DNA from: a virus
Reading direction: 5' to 3' (one strand)
Length of the DNA: 38,336 nucleotides
Virus record (IMG/VR): IMGVR_UViG_3300045988_155739
Location: 1 to 38,336 of that record
Positions 27,640 to 37,959 of this stretch are shown here, in pieces (position 1 is the first letter of the stretch; every line of letters starts with the position of its first letter). The notes beneath the pieces were generated by a model. That model ran no database searches, was not told the DNA's origin, and saw only the letters and a program-made list of their open reading frames with translations. Made by a program: the position numbers and the translations under genes.

Positions 27640-30480
27640 ATGACAGTAGAAGAAATTGAAATTATTGTTACTGCAAAAGTAGAAGAGGCATTAAAGGGAT
27701 TTGAAAAATTACTTCCTGGAATAAAAAAAGAATTAGAGAAAGTACAAGAGTCCTTTTCTAAAATTAATATATCAATACTACAAAATAAAATTCAAAAGGC
27801 AACTAATTTTGTAAAAAATAAAATGCGTAGTTTAAAAAAAGACAATCAAGACAATGCAATAATAATAAAAGTAAATAACAAGGAAGCTATAAAACAAACA
27901 ACACAATTACAAAAAGAAATAGATAGTTTACAAAAAAAAATAAGTGAACGAGAAATGAAAATAAACATAACCAATGGCGCATTAGACAAAATTAGAGAGA
28001 CAACAAGGCAAAACGTATCAAAAGAGATGCCAGATGCTGGATTTAAAAGAATAAATCAACAGACAGAGCTAAGATTATTCAACGATGACAATTATGTTAA
28101 AATGGTAAATGAAAGTGATAAGTTAAATAATGAAATAATTAAATATAACGCGTTACTAGATAGTGCCAAATCAAAAATGACAGAATTAGAAAATGAAACT
28201 AATTCGAACACTACCACTCAAAGAAAAATGAGTGGCTTTTTTAGTATGATTAAACAAAAAATAGAACAAGCCAAAGCTAGTACTTTGGGATTTAAAAACA
28301 ACTTCAAGGGGATACCTAAAGTAACTCAAAACATTACAAACAATATAAAAAATATGGGAAATGGTCTCAAAGGAAATCTAAAACATGTGCTAAAATATGC
28401 GGCGGCATTATTTAGTTTGAGGGGGATATATTCTGTTTTAAGTAATTCAGCAAGGAGTTGGTTGTCTAGTCAAAACGCTGGAGCTCAACAATTAAGTGCT
28501 AATATAGAATACATGAAATATGCAATGGGAAGCATGTTTGCACCAGTAATAGAATATGTAATTAACTTAGTATATAAATTAATGAAAGCAATACAAAGTT
28601 TAGCTTATGCTTTTACTGGAGTAAATATATTTGCAAAAGCAACAGCTTCATCTATGAAAAGTGCATCAGGTAGTGCAAAACAGACAAGTAAATCATTGAG
28701 TAGTGTACATAGTGAAATAAACAATGTTTCAGATAACAAAAATGGTAATACTAGTGGAATACCTAATATAGATTTATCAAAAGTAGATAAAACACCAAAC
28801 AAAATAATAGATGTAATTAAAAATGGTAATTGGAATGAAATCGGAGCTATGATAGGGGAAAAATTAAACAATGCTTTAGCTAAAATACCTTGGGATAAAA
28901 TACAAAGTACAGCTAAAAATATAGCATCTGGAATAGCACAAACATTAAATGGCTTTATAGCAGTAACAGATTGGAAGCAAGTGGGAGATACGGTTGCGCA
29001 AGGGTTAAATACAGCAATTTATTTTGCTTACAATTTTGTAACAACATTTGACTGGAAACAGTTTGGAAAAGCTATAATAAATTCAATTAATAGATTTATA
29101 AAAAATACAGATTGGAGCTCAATATCTGAAACTATGTCAAACCTCGCAATAGGTGTATATAATGCAGTTACTGAGTTTATATCTAATATAGATTGGCAAG
29201 CCTTAGTAGATGCGATTATTAATTGGATAAAAGGTATAGATTATAGTGGAATAGCACAGTCTTTGTCAGAAATGCTAGGAACAGCAATAGCAAGCATAAT
29301 TAAACTAGGAATAGTAATAGGAGAAAAAATAAGCGAAGGAATTGATTCTGCAAAACAATATTTCCAAGAAAAAATAGAAGAATGTGGAGGAAATATTGTA
29401 GCAGGAATACTTAAAGGCATAGTAGATGCTTTTGTTGGAATAGGGCAATGGATTAATGATAACATTTTCAAACCATTTATAGATGGATTTAAAAATGTAT
29501 TTGGTATATACTCACCATCAACCGTTATGGCTGAAATGGGTGGATTTTTAATAGAAGGATTAAAACAAGGACTATTAGGCATTTGGGAAGCTGTAGCAGG
29601 AATTTTTACAGGTTTTGCTGAGAATGTTAAAAACAAATTCAATGAAATCAAAAATGGAGTATCTGAGTGGGCAGGAAATGTAAAAAGTAAAGTAAAAGAG
29701 TGTTGGGATAATGTTTCAAGTAAAGTGAAAGAAAAAGTTGATAATGTTAAAAGCAGTATTTCTACAGGATTTAATAATGCACGAAATACAATATCAAATT
29801 GGGGAAATAATGTTAAATCTAAAATAAGTGAATGTTGGTCTAATGCATCTAATACTGTTAGAGATAAAGTAAATACATTAAAGAACAATATTTCAACTGG
29901 ACTTAATAATGCAAAGATAGTAATTTCTGGTTGGGGAGACAATATAAAAACTACATTTACAAATCTAGGAAGAAACGCTACAACATGGGGCAAAGATTTA
30001 ACAGAGAATATGGCTTCTGGAATAAGGAATACAGCACATAAAGTTGGAAGCGCTGTACAAGGGGTTGCTAGTAAAATAAGAGGATTTCTAGGTTTCTCAG
30101 AACCAGAAGAAGGACCACTTTCAAATTTTCACACTTATATGCCAGATATGATTGATTTGATGGTTAAAGGAATAAAAGACAACGTTGGAAAAGTAAAAAA
30201 TGAAATAGAAAATTTAGCAGGAACAATGTCTTATACAATAAATACGGAAGCGGTAACAGGTATTCCTTCAACAAACCCAACAATAAAACCTGTAAATGTT
30301 AAGGCTAATAATATGTTGGATGCTTTAAGTGATATAGCATATAAAGAAAATGAAAACAATAAACCAATTTATTTAACAGTAAATGTAGGAAATGCAAAAC
30401 TAGGACAAATATTATTAGACAATTTAAGAGACATGAAAAGACAATCAGGGAAAGATATAGAAGCATTAGTAGGAGGATAA
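27640..30480 (+). CDS. Tail tape measure protein
   Basis: 946 aa; hydrophobic segments and repeated 'GWxxNVKxKxxxxWxNxxxxVxxKV' modules. Confidence 0.92.
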   Translation: MTVEEIEIIVTAKVEEALKGFEKLLPGIKKELEKVQESFSKINISILQNKIQKATNFVKNKMRSLKKDNQDNAIIIKVNNKEAIKQTTQLQKEIDSLQKKISEREMKINITNGALDKIRETTRQNVSKEMPDAGFKRINQQTELRLFNDDNYVKMVNESDKLNNEIIKYNALLDSAKSKMTELENETNSNTTTQRKMSGFFSMIKQKIEQAKASTLGFKNNFKGIPKVTQNITNNIKNMGNGLKGNLKHVLKYAAALFSLRGIYSVLSNSARSWLSSQNAGAQQLSANIEYMKYAMGSMFAPVIEYVINLVYKLMKAIQSLAYAFTGVNIFAKATASSMKSASGSAKQTSKSLSSVHSEINNVSDNKNGNTSGIPNIDLSKVDKTPNKIIDVIKNGNWNEIGAMIGEKLNNALAKIPWDKIQSTAKNIASGIAQTLNGFIAVTDWKQVGDTVAQGLNTAIYFAYNFVTTFDWKQFGKAIINSINRFIKNTDWSSISETMSNLAIGVYNAVTEFISNIDWQALVDAIINWIKGIDYSGIAQSLSEMLGTAIASIIKLGIVIGEKISEGIDSAKQYFQEKIEECGGNIVAGILKGIVDAFVGIGQWINDNIFKPFIDGFKNVFGIYSPSTVMAEMGGFLIEGLKQGLLGIWEAVAGIFTGFAENVKNKFNEIKNGVSEWAGNVKSKVKECWDNVSSKVKEKVDNVKSSISTGFNNARNTISNWGNNVKSKISECWSNASNTVRDKVNTLKNNISTGLNNAKIVISGWGDNIKTTFTNLGRNATTWGKDLTENMASGIRNTAHKVGSAVQGVASKIRGFLGFSEPEEGPLSNFHTYMPDMIDLMVKGIKDNVGKVKNEIENLAGTMSYTINTEAVTGIPSTNPTIKPVNVKANNMLDALSDIAYKENENNKPIYLTVNVGNAKLGQILLDNLRDMKRQSGKDIEALVGG

Positions 30481-30484
30481 AATT

Positions 30485-30907
30485 ATGTTATGGAGAGAAC
30501 ATGGAAAAACAGAAAATTTACCGACACCAAGTACATATTCAGCAGACATAGAAGATACAGACAAAGATAGTTACTCTTCTATTGTTGATGGTTCTTTAAT
30601 AGACAATCCCATTGCAGTAGGACTTTTAAAACTTTCTATGAGTTGGGATTTTAACACAGAAGAAGAAGCAGAACAACTTATACAGAAGACATATAAAAAT
30701 CCATTTATATTGGATGTTAAAGTTCCAGTAGTAGATGGAGGCTTTTTAGAAAATGCAAAATTTAGGGTATCAAAAAGAAAAGTCGAAATGATAAGTACAG
30801 AAAAAGAAACGAGTACTTCCAAAACAAAATGGAAGTGCTCGTTTAATTTAATGCAAAAAGAATTAACAGGGGCACAAAAAACAGCAGTAGAGGGGGCAAA
30901 TAGCTAA
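30485..30907 (+). CDS. Tail-associated protein
   Basis: 140 aa, positional. Confidence 0.6.
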   Translation: MLWREHGKTENLPTPSTYSADIEDTDKDSYSSIVDGSLIDNPIAVGLLKLSMSWDFNTEEEAEQLIQKTYKNPFILDVKVPVVDGGFLENAKFRVSKRKVEMISTEKETSTSKTKWKCSFNLMQKELTGAQKTAVEGANS

Positions 30908-32206
30908 TGTATGATACAAGTGATAGCTACAAAGCAAAGATATATAATACACCACATTCATTAAAAGTATTTATAAACGATAGTGAAATAGACAAAAAAT
31001 ATATACTGAGTTGTAAAGTAGAGCAACAGATGTTTTCTAATGATGATTTTAGTTTGGGCTCTATTACTGCAAAAAGTGCTGAGTTAAAATTGTATAAAAC
31101 AGCCGTACCAGAAACTATAAATAAGGTAGAAATAAAAAGTGGAATAATAGGAGAAATAATACCAGTCGGCATTTTCAATGTAGATGACATTAGTAAAGAT
31201 GATGATTATACGATAACATTAAAATTACTAGATAATATGATTAAATTTGAATTTAATTACGATGGAAGTAAATTAACATACCCAGCAACTTTACTAACTG
31301 TATTACAGGATATATGTTCAAAAGCAGGAGTGGAACTTCGGTTCTACTTCTTTTTTGAACTGCAATAAAGAAATAGCTGTTTACGATAATACTGTATCTG
31401 CAAGAATTTATGTAAGTTACATAGCTGAAAGTGCTGGAGGATTTGCTCACATTGGTAGAGATGGGAAACTTTATATAAAAACAATAGGAGAAACAACAGC
31501 CACATTACCAATAAAATATTTTCAAAAATTTAAGTGGGGCGAAAAAATAAAAATAACAAGGGTAAGCTATGAAGATGGCATTCAATCTTTTAAAAACGGA
31601 GACACTACTGGCAACACTATACATATTAGTCAGGACAATATGTTTATAGTCGACCAAGAGCAAATAGATAATATCTATAATAAAATAAATGGATTGGCAG
31701 TATATAGCTTTGAAGGAGATAGCATAATAGATCCCGCATGGGATATTGGAGACTTATTAATAATAGACAATAAAAAAGTTATATTTCAGGGTTCTGCTGA
31801 CTTTGGTGGTAAATGGAAAGCAAGTATAAATAGCAAAATACAATGTAAATCAAAAGAAGAAACAACCACTAGAACACCATCACAGAAAACCATAAACAGA
31901 AGAGTTCAGTCAAGCATAAATCAAATAGATGGAAAAATAACACAACTAACAAATCAAACAACAGAACATGAAACAAAATTAACACAGCAGGAACAAGATA
32001 TAGATAGCATTAAACAAAAAGTTGAAAACACAGCAGAATATAAAAGAGAAAAAAGTGGCTTTACGGAGATACACATTGAAGATGCTGGGCAAGCTGACAT
32101 TCTAAAATTAGAAATACAAGGCAATAAAACATACGAAGCTAACTTGTTTCCTAGAGCGATTCTATATCCAAGAATAGGGCTACAACCTAACCAGAAGGGA
32201 GGGTAA
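30907..32206 (+). CDS. Siphovirus tail baseplate/spike-type protein, requires +1 shift at CGG 31339-31341
   Basis: 'TVLQDICSKAGVEL-GSTSFLNCNKEIAVYDNTVSARIYVSYIAESAGGFAHIGRDGKLYI' when C31339 is skipped; 1300 nt = 433x3+1. Confidence 0.9.
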
Positions 32207-33472
32207 TTGATGAAATACAAAATAATAGTAGATAAACAGAGTAGAACAAATCCATCTGCAGAAAAAAAAGAATATATAATAGACATAGAAGAATTAAGGT
32301 CCAAAGGAGATACATATGACAGTTTAGTAATAACAAAAGATGAAGATTATGTAATGCGTAGATTAAAACTAACAGAGTTTTATGTATTAGAAGAATTAGA
32401 AACTCCAAAAAAAGAAGCTATACCTAGCTTAAATATAGAACTTTTTGAAGGCGACAATTACATATATTTGATTGATATGATAGGAAATAAATTCTATGCA
32501 GAATATCTAATTAAAAATGAATTTAATGATATATATGTTACGTTAAATCAAATGCATAGTGCGATAAATCAATCTGCAGGTGAAGTAGAAATTGCAGTTA
32601 ACCAAAAATTAACAAAATATTCAACAACTGAAGAAATGAATGCTGTAATAGCTGCTAAGTCTGATGAAATAAATTTAGAGGTAAGTAAAAAAGTAAACAA
32701 TTCAGAATTGACTGGTGCTAACATTTCATTAAGAATAAACAATGATACTTCAGAAGCAAAAATAAAAGCAGATAAGATTAATATAAATGGAGCAATATCA
32801 GCAAATGGTAATTTTAAAATTGATACACAAGGTAATATGGAATGTAATAATGGGAAATTTAAAGGCAATATTTTCTTAGATAATGGCAAAAAAGTTATTG
32901 GGGGAGATGGGCTTTTGACCAACTTGCATTTCGAAACAAGTGATATGTATTCTGGATTTAGTATAATTGGTTTTTGTACTGACATTAATTATACTGGTTT
33001 TAATAAAAGTGTTTCTATGCTATGTGTTACGTTGCCAAATAATTTTGTTGTAACACAAGCATATATTTCACTTGATTACAGTGCTATAGATGGTTATACT
33101 AGCGATAATAGTTCTATAATAGGAAGACCAAAACAAATTAAACTATATTATTCACATTCAAAGGCTATTGGAAAACTAGTTTATGGATATGGCGGTGGAT
33201 ATTTCAATGATTGTTCTGTATTGTCTGGGACACAGATTACAAGTGGAGATTTTACATCTGGAGGAGTAACAGACACAACAGTAACAACAATTCAGCTAAA
33301 AACTCTAAAAACATCTAACATAAATAACATTATTAATTCATCAGGTAGTTATGTTTTTTATGTTCAAACAGAAGCAACTACAAGTAGTAGTATATCAGGT
33401 TCATGGACAGATGCTCTAAGCAAAACTTTTAGAGGGAAATTAATGTTAGATGTTATAGGTTATATGAATTAG
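32207..33472 (+). CDS. Tail fibre/baseplate protein
   Basis: 421 aa; 'SAGEVEIAVNQKLTKYSTTEEMNAVIAAKSDEINLEVSKKV' segments typical of tail proteins. Confidence 0.7.
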   Translation: MMKYKIIVDKQSRTNPSAEKKEYIIDIEELRSKGDTYDSLVITKDEDYVMRRLKLTEFYVLEELETPKKEAIPSLNIELFEGDNYIYLIDMIGNKFYAEYLIKNEFNDIYVTLNQMHSAINQSAGEVEIAVNQKLTKYSTTEEMNAVIAAKSDEINLEVSKKVNNSELTGANISLRINNDTSEAKIKADKININGAISANGNFKIDTQGNMECNNGKFKGNIFLDNGKKVIGGDGLLTNLHFETSDMYSGFSIIGFCTDINYTGFNKSVSMLCVTLPNNFVVTQAYISLDYSAIDGYTSDNSSIIGRPKQIKLYYSHSKAIGKLVYGYGGGYFNDCSVLSGTQITSGDFTSGGVTDTTVTTIQLKTLKTSNINNIINSSGSYVFYVQTEATTSSSISGSWTDALSKTFRGKLMLDVIGYMN

Positions 33473-33484
33473 GGAGGCGAAAGA

Positions 33485-33929
33485 ATGAAAAAGAAAGTAT
33501 TTAAAAACGGTACATTAAAAAGTAAAGCATATTTCATGAACGGAGATGTCAAGCAAGAGGTAGAAGAAGCGGTCTGGGAGGGAACAACACCTTTGTCTGC
33601 AGAAAACATAAATGAAATGCAAGATAATATAGAAGAAGAAATAGATTCACACATAGAACACAGATATATACTAGTTTTGACTGCAAATGTAGCAAAGCGG
33701 TGGAACAATAACAATACCGTGTTATTACAAGGTGGGTGTAGGCACATTAGATGTATTTTACATGGGAGAAAAACTGCTATTAAGCAGCGATGATGTAGGC
33801 ACAGACGGACATTATCGTGAAACAGGCACAGCTAATAGCATAAGTAATCAAATTAAATTAACTAGCGATTGGGGAGCAGAAAAAAACGAATATTTCGAAT
33901 TTGTAGTAAGGGGTGAGTACAGTGTTTAA
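33485..33929 (+). CDS. Tail-associated protein, requires +1 shift at CGG 33698-33700
   Basis: 'ILVLTANVAK-GGTITIPCYYKVGVGTLDVFYMGEKLLLSSDDVGTDGHYRETGTANSISNQIKLTSDWGAEKNEYFEFVVRGEYSV'; joins track ORFs 33485-33793 and 33732-33929. 445 nt = 148x3+1. Confidence 0.9.
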
Positions 33930-34347
33930 TGTATGGGGAAAGATTAAAGAATTAATAAATAGACCTTATATAGTAGAAAGTGGTTCAAACGAGAACGGCT
34001 ACTATATTAAATGGTCGAATGGAGATTTAATATGCAGAAGAAGTACTACAAATGATAGTTATAAAAACACTAATTCTTCAAGCACAACGGTACAAAATTT
34101 AAAAATTTACAGAAGTAATGTTTTTACATGGACTTATCCAATAAAATTTGCTTCAGTCCCAAACATATCTGTTACAGTTTCAACAGGGTTGAATGGTTCC
34201 AGATTTTGCTTAGGGAGAATTAATGGTGCTCCAAGTGCAAGCACTGCTCAGGTTCAACTACTTGCATTAGAAGATTTTATAGAAAATGGTGTAGGCTATA
34301 CTAATTTGATTAAAACCGACTTAATTGCTATAGGCAAATGGAAATAA
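33913..34347 (+). CDS. Tail fibre tip/receptor-binding-like protein
   Basis: 144 aa 'ESGSNENGYYIKWSNGDLICRRSTT...TYPIKFASVPNISVTVSTG...IAIGKWK' resembles gp53/H-type tail fibre C-termini. Confidence 0.65.
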   Translation: MSTVFNVWGKIKELINRPYIVESGSNENGYYIKWSNGDLICRRSTTNDSYKNTNSSSTTVQNLKIYRSNVFTWTYPIKFASVPNISVTVSTGLNGSRFCLGRINGAPSASTAQVQLLALEDFIENGVGYTNLIKTDLIAIGKWK

Positions 34348-34378
34348 AATGGAAATAAAATAAGAAAGGATGGTATAT

Positions 34379-34441
<63 letters not shown>

Positions 34442-34468
34442 TTTAGAAGAAGAAAAGAGGTGTCGAGT

Positions 34469-34766
34469 ATGATACCTCAGTGGGTTAAAAATAAAGAAAC
34501 TAGTAATTTTGTAAAAAACACAACGGGGATGTATGTAGATAATACCACTAAAAACATATTAAATACAAGGAAATATTTTTTGCCATTAAATTTTGGAATC
34601 GACTTTACAATAGGTTCTGTAACGATACCACAATACTCTAAACGGAATGCTGATGACTTACAATTCAAACGATGCTGCTTTAATAGCATTAGATTCCGTT
34701 GGAAATTTATACACAGCTTTTAGAAATGGTACCGACTGGAGGCATTGTAAAAAATGGGCAAAATAA
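34469..34766 (+). CDS. Tail/fibre-associated hypothetical, requires +1 shift at CGG 34643-34645
   Basis: 'DFTIGSVTIPQYSK-GMLMTYNSNDAALIALDSVGNLYTAFRNGTDWRHCKKWAK'; 298 nt = 99x3+1. Confidence 0.85.
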
Positions 34767-34781
34767 GAAAGGAAAAAAAGT

Positions 34782-35081
34782 ATGGAAGATACAAATTTAG
34801 TAGAGCGACTAGTAAAAGTAGAGCAGAGCGATAAGTCTGCTCATCACAGATTAGATGAACAAGAAAAGGATATTGATGAACTAAAAAAGACTTATGTAAT
34901 AATGGAAAAGTTGGATTTTAGAATGGAAAATGTAGAGAAGAATGTTACTGGAATAAATACTAAATTAGAAGAAGTTGATAAAAATAAAGGACGAAAGTGG
35001 GACAAACTAATAGACTATATTTTCTATTTTATATTAGCAACAATATTAGGTTATATAGCTATAAAATTAGGTTTAAAGTGA
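34782..35081 (+). CDS. XhlA/haemolysin-like membrane-associated lysis protein
   Basis: Coiled coil 'LVERLVKVEQSDKSAHHRLDEQEKDIDEL' plus C-terminal TM. Confidence 0.7.
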   Translation: MEDTNLVERLVKVEQSDKSAHHRLDEQEKDIDELKKTYVIMEKLDFRMENVEKNVTGINTKLEEVDKNKGRKWDKLIDYIFYFILATILGYIAIKLGLK

Positions 35082-35092
35082 GGTGAAAGAGA

Positions 35093-35287
35093 ATGGAAAA
35101 AGTAAAAAAAATATCTAAATATGTATTAAACATATTAACAATAATAAGTGCATTACTTTTAGGAATTAATGCAGTTGAAGGTATTACAATACCTTACTGT
35201 GCACAAATAACAGGAGTTATAGCAGCAATAAATGGTGTTATATCAACATATTTGTTAGGACAAAAAGCTATAAAAAAGGAGGAATAG
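35093..35287 (+). CDS. Holin, phi-LC3-like
   Basis: 64 aa, 2 TM, 'INAVEGITIPYCAQITGVIAAINGVISTYLLG'. Confidence 0.7.
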   Translation: MEKVKKISKYVLNILTIISALLLGINAVEGITIPYCAQITGVIAAINGVISTYLLGQKAIKKEE

Positions 35288-35290
35288 TTA

Positions 35291-35390
35291 ATGGAAGAAG
35301 AAATTAAAAAACTAAATATAATCTCTACAACAGAAATTCCAGAGTATCGGTAATGAAGAAAATTTAGAAGGTGGTGTGGCAGATGAATAA
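35291..35390 (+). CDS. Small lysis-cassette ORF, requires +1 shift at CGG 35348-35350
   Basis: 'MEEEIKKLNIISTTEIPEY-GNEENLEGGVADE' ending in overlap with the endolysin start; without the shift the next codons are TAA TGA. 100 nt = 33x3+1. Confidence 0.65.
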
Positions 35391-36363
35391 GATTTATTAT
35401 AGTCAAATTGATAATAGATGGTCAAATCACCCATACCCAAGTCAACAACTACCTCATGCAACAATAGGTTCTGGTGGATGTGGTGCTGTTTGTGCTGCTA
35501 TGGTTGTTTCAATGCTTAAAGAAATTATTACCCCCAATGTTATGGGAGATATTTTTGTGAGAGATGGAGTTCGTGTTAATGGAGGGACTTCAAATAAAGC
35601 CTTTGACAGTTATTTAACAGAAAAATATGGACTAAAAGTTCAAAGAAATTGGAAAATAGCGGAAGCTAAAGAATGCCTTAAAAAGGGTGGTTTAGTTGTT
35701 GCAAGATGTACTGACGATAAAGGAACTCTATTTACAACAGGAGGACACTTTATTGTATTGGTTGGATTTAAGGACAATGAGTTCGAAGTTTATGACCCAT
35801 ATTTATATAAGAACAAGTTTGAGGTTTCATACAGACGAGGAAAGGCTAGAGTAGAAGGAACAAGTGTATTTGTTACCTTTGAAAATATGAAAGCCTATGG
35901 TGGATATAATGAATTATGGTGCTATGAAGGAACTGGTGTTGATACTAATATAGATACAACTATTCCAAATGTTCCAGAGATTAAAGTTGAAAAATATAAA
36001 GTTGTAAATGTAAGGGCAAGCTCTTGTTTAAATGTTCGTTCTGGTGCAGGAACTAATTATAGTATAGTTGGAAGATTGTTTCTAAATAATGAAGTTGATG
36101 TATATGAAATTGTAGGAAATTGGGCTAAAATTGGCGAAGGCAAATGGGTATGTACTGATTATATAAATAAAATTCAAAATGTAGATAGTTATAATATAAT
36201 GACAGTAACAGCCAGAACGGGACTAAATGTAAGACAAGGTCCAGGAACAAATTATAATAGAGTAACTTGTTACGCATGTGGAACAAAAGTAAAAGTATAT
36301 TCTATAACAAACGGTTGGGCAAAAGGAACCAAGGGTTATATGTATGCAAAATACTTAAAATAG
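35383..36363 (+). CDS. Endolysin: C39-like peptidase domain plus two SH3b domains
   Basis: 'IGSGGCGAVCAAMVVS', 'GGHFIVLVGFKDNEFEVYDPY', and 'SCLNVRSGAGTNYSIVG' / 'TGLNVRQGPGTNYNRV'. Confidence 0.85.
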   Translation: MNKIYYSQIDNRWSNHPYPSQQLPHATIGSGGCGAVCAAMVVSMLKEIITPNVMGDIFVRDGVRVNGGTSNKAFDSYLTEKYGLKVQRNWKIAEAKECLKKGGLVVARCTDDKGTLFTTGGHFIVLVGFKDNEFEVYDPYLYKNKFEVSYRRGKARVEGTSVFVTFENMKAYGGYNELWCYEGTGVDTNIDTTIPNVPEIKVEKYKVVNVRASSCLNVRSGAGTNYSIVGRLFLNNEVDVYEIVGNWAKIGEGKWVCTDYINKIQNVDSYNIMTVTARTGLNVRQGPGTNYNRVTCYACGTKVKVYSITNGWAKGTKGYMYAKYLK

Positions 36364-36556
36364 CCATTTTTGAGACAACAAAGTATATGTCTAAAAAATA
36401 AAAACCGCTTAAAAACGATTTTAAAAGGTCGCTTTTTAGGTCGAAACCCCTTATTTCCCTAGAGAAAAAAGTAATTATATTTTTTATAACAACATATTGA
36501 ATTTTAGAATAAAATATAATATAATTATTAAAAATACAAAAAAGGAAGGGGATTTT

Positions 36557-37063
36557 ATGAGTAAAATAAATAATGAATTAGAAGAATTAACAGCAGAAAT
36601 TTTATTAACTAGCGATATGTATAAAGTCCCTGTTGATGTTGTAAGAATTGCAAATATAAATGACATACAAGTATATGAAGGAGATTTAAATAGAAAAATT
36701 TCAGGAGCAATAAGATTTAAACAAAATGAAAATCTTTTCGAAATTTTAGTTAATAAAAATGATGCAAAAGTTAGACAAAGATTTACAATAGCTCACGAAT
36801 TAGGACATTATTTTTTACACAGACAATATTTGAAAAATGAAAAATTACACATAGATACAATACTATATAGAATGGATGATCAAGAAAGCGAAGAAGAAAA
36901 AGAGCGAGAAAAAGAAGTGGATTATTTTGCGGGGGCACTACTAATGAATAAAACTCTTTTAGAAAAATTAAGCAAAGAAAATACAATAACGGAATTGGCA
37001 GAAATATTTAATGTTTCAGTGTCAGCCATGACTGTTAGATTAGACATATTAGGGTTACTATGA
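36557..37063 (+). CDS. ImmA/IrrE-family metallopeptidase
   Basis: 'RFTIAHELGHYFLH...VDYFAGALLMNKTLLEKL...TELAEIFNVSVSAMTVRLDILGLL'. Confidence 0.85.
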   Translation: MSKINNELEELTAEILLTSDMYKVPVDVVRIANINDIQVYEGDLNRKISGAIRFKQNENLFEILVNKNDAKVRQRFTIAHELGHYFLHRQYLKNEKLHIDTILYRMDDQESEEEKEREKEVDYFAGALLMNKTLLEKLSKENTITELAEIFNVSVSAMTVRLDILGLL

Positions 37064-37554
37064 ACAACAAAACAATAAACTCCGCAGCTAACGCAAGAAA
37101 AAAGTATATAGAAGAAATACAAAAGGTATTTGATAAAAAAGAAAACCTAGAATCTCAAGAAAAAGTAACTGCAATAGATGAAGTAAAGAAAAAATGGGCA
37201 ATGAATGATAAAATTATTGAATTGTTTGTTGACAATATAGGAAAAGACCAGAAATTGAGAAATAAATATGCTATTATTCTTATAGTAATTCTAGGGATAG
37301 AACTTCTTGCATTATTAACGATTTTCGTCCTTCAAGGAGCAGGGGTATTAAACTATAAAGATAGTACACTTAATATTTTTATTTCTGGAGGAATTGCGGA
37401 GATTTATGTTTTGGTTAGAGTTATTGTAAAATATTTATTTAAGGACAACCTAACTGAAACTCTAAAAATAATAATATCAACTAATAATACAAATAAAACA
37501 TATCGCAAAGAAAATAAAAAAGTTAAAACAACACAAGAAAAGACAAATTTATAA
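37060..37554 (+). CDS. 2-TM membrane protein coupled to the ImmA/IrrE peptidase
   Basis: ATGA overlap; TM segments 'YAIILIVILGIELLALLTIFVLQGAG' and 'IFISGGIAEIYVLVRVIVKYLF'. Confidence 0.65.
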   Translation: MNNKTINSAANARKKYIEEIQKVFDKKENLESQEKVTAIDEVKKKWAMNDKIIELFVDNIGKDQKLRNKYAIILIVILGIELLALLTIFVLQGAGVLNYKDSTLNIFISGGIAEIYVLVRVIVKYLFKDNLTETLKIIISTNNTNKTYRKENKKVKTTQEKTNL

Positions 37555-37638
37555 ATATTGACAAGCATGTTATAATAAATATAGACGAAAAAATTGAGTA
37601 GTCTAAAAAATAAAGGGAAGCTAGTTACAGAGATGTAG

Positions 37639-37959
37639 CTAGCTTTTTAATTTTACATTTATAAGCAAATCTATTACCTGACTTATTTCCATAACTTCTT
37701 TTGAATTAATTCCATATTTATCTATTCTACTGTGCATTTCTGCTCTTAAAGTTTCTATATCCAATTCACTATAAAACAAGTCATCTACTTTAACGTCAAG
37801 AGCCTTAGCAATGCTATACATAGTTTTGAGCGATGGATTATATACTTTATTATTCTCTAATTCTGATAAATAAGAATAAGACAATCCAGTGTTTTTTACT
37901 AATCTATATAAAGTAATATTTTTACTTTTTCTAACATTTTTTATAACAAATACGAACAT
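37639..37959 (-). CDS. XRE-family transcriptional regulator
   Basis: 'YRLVKNTGLSYSYLSELENNKVYNPSLKTMYSIAKALDVKVDDLF'. Confidence 0.8.
   Translation of the reverse strand: MFVFVIKNVRKSKNITLYRLVKNTGLSYSYLSELENNKVYNPSLKTMYSIAKALDVKVDDLFYSELDIETLRAEMHSRIDKYGINSKEVMEISQVIDLLINVKLKS

Noticed and set aside
29241-29993. Long minus-strand ORF (250 aa) opposite the tape measure gene, and other minus-strand ORFs such as 3051-3524 and 18425-18919
   Set aside because: Shadow ORFs antisense to well-supported genes, with low-complexity Leu/Phe/Ser-rich translations and no RBS.
36370-36470. Terminator after the endolysin gene (ACCGCTT...GGTCGCTTTTT)
   Set aside because: Arms are imperfect and I could not define a convincing stem; likely but not supported enough to list.
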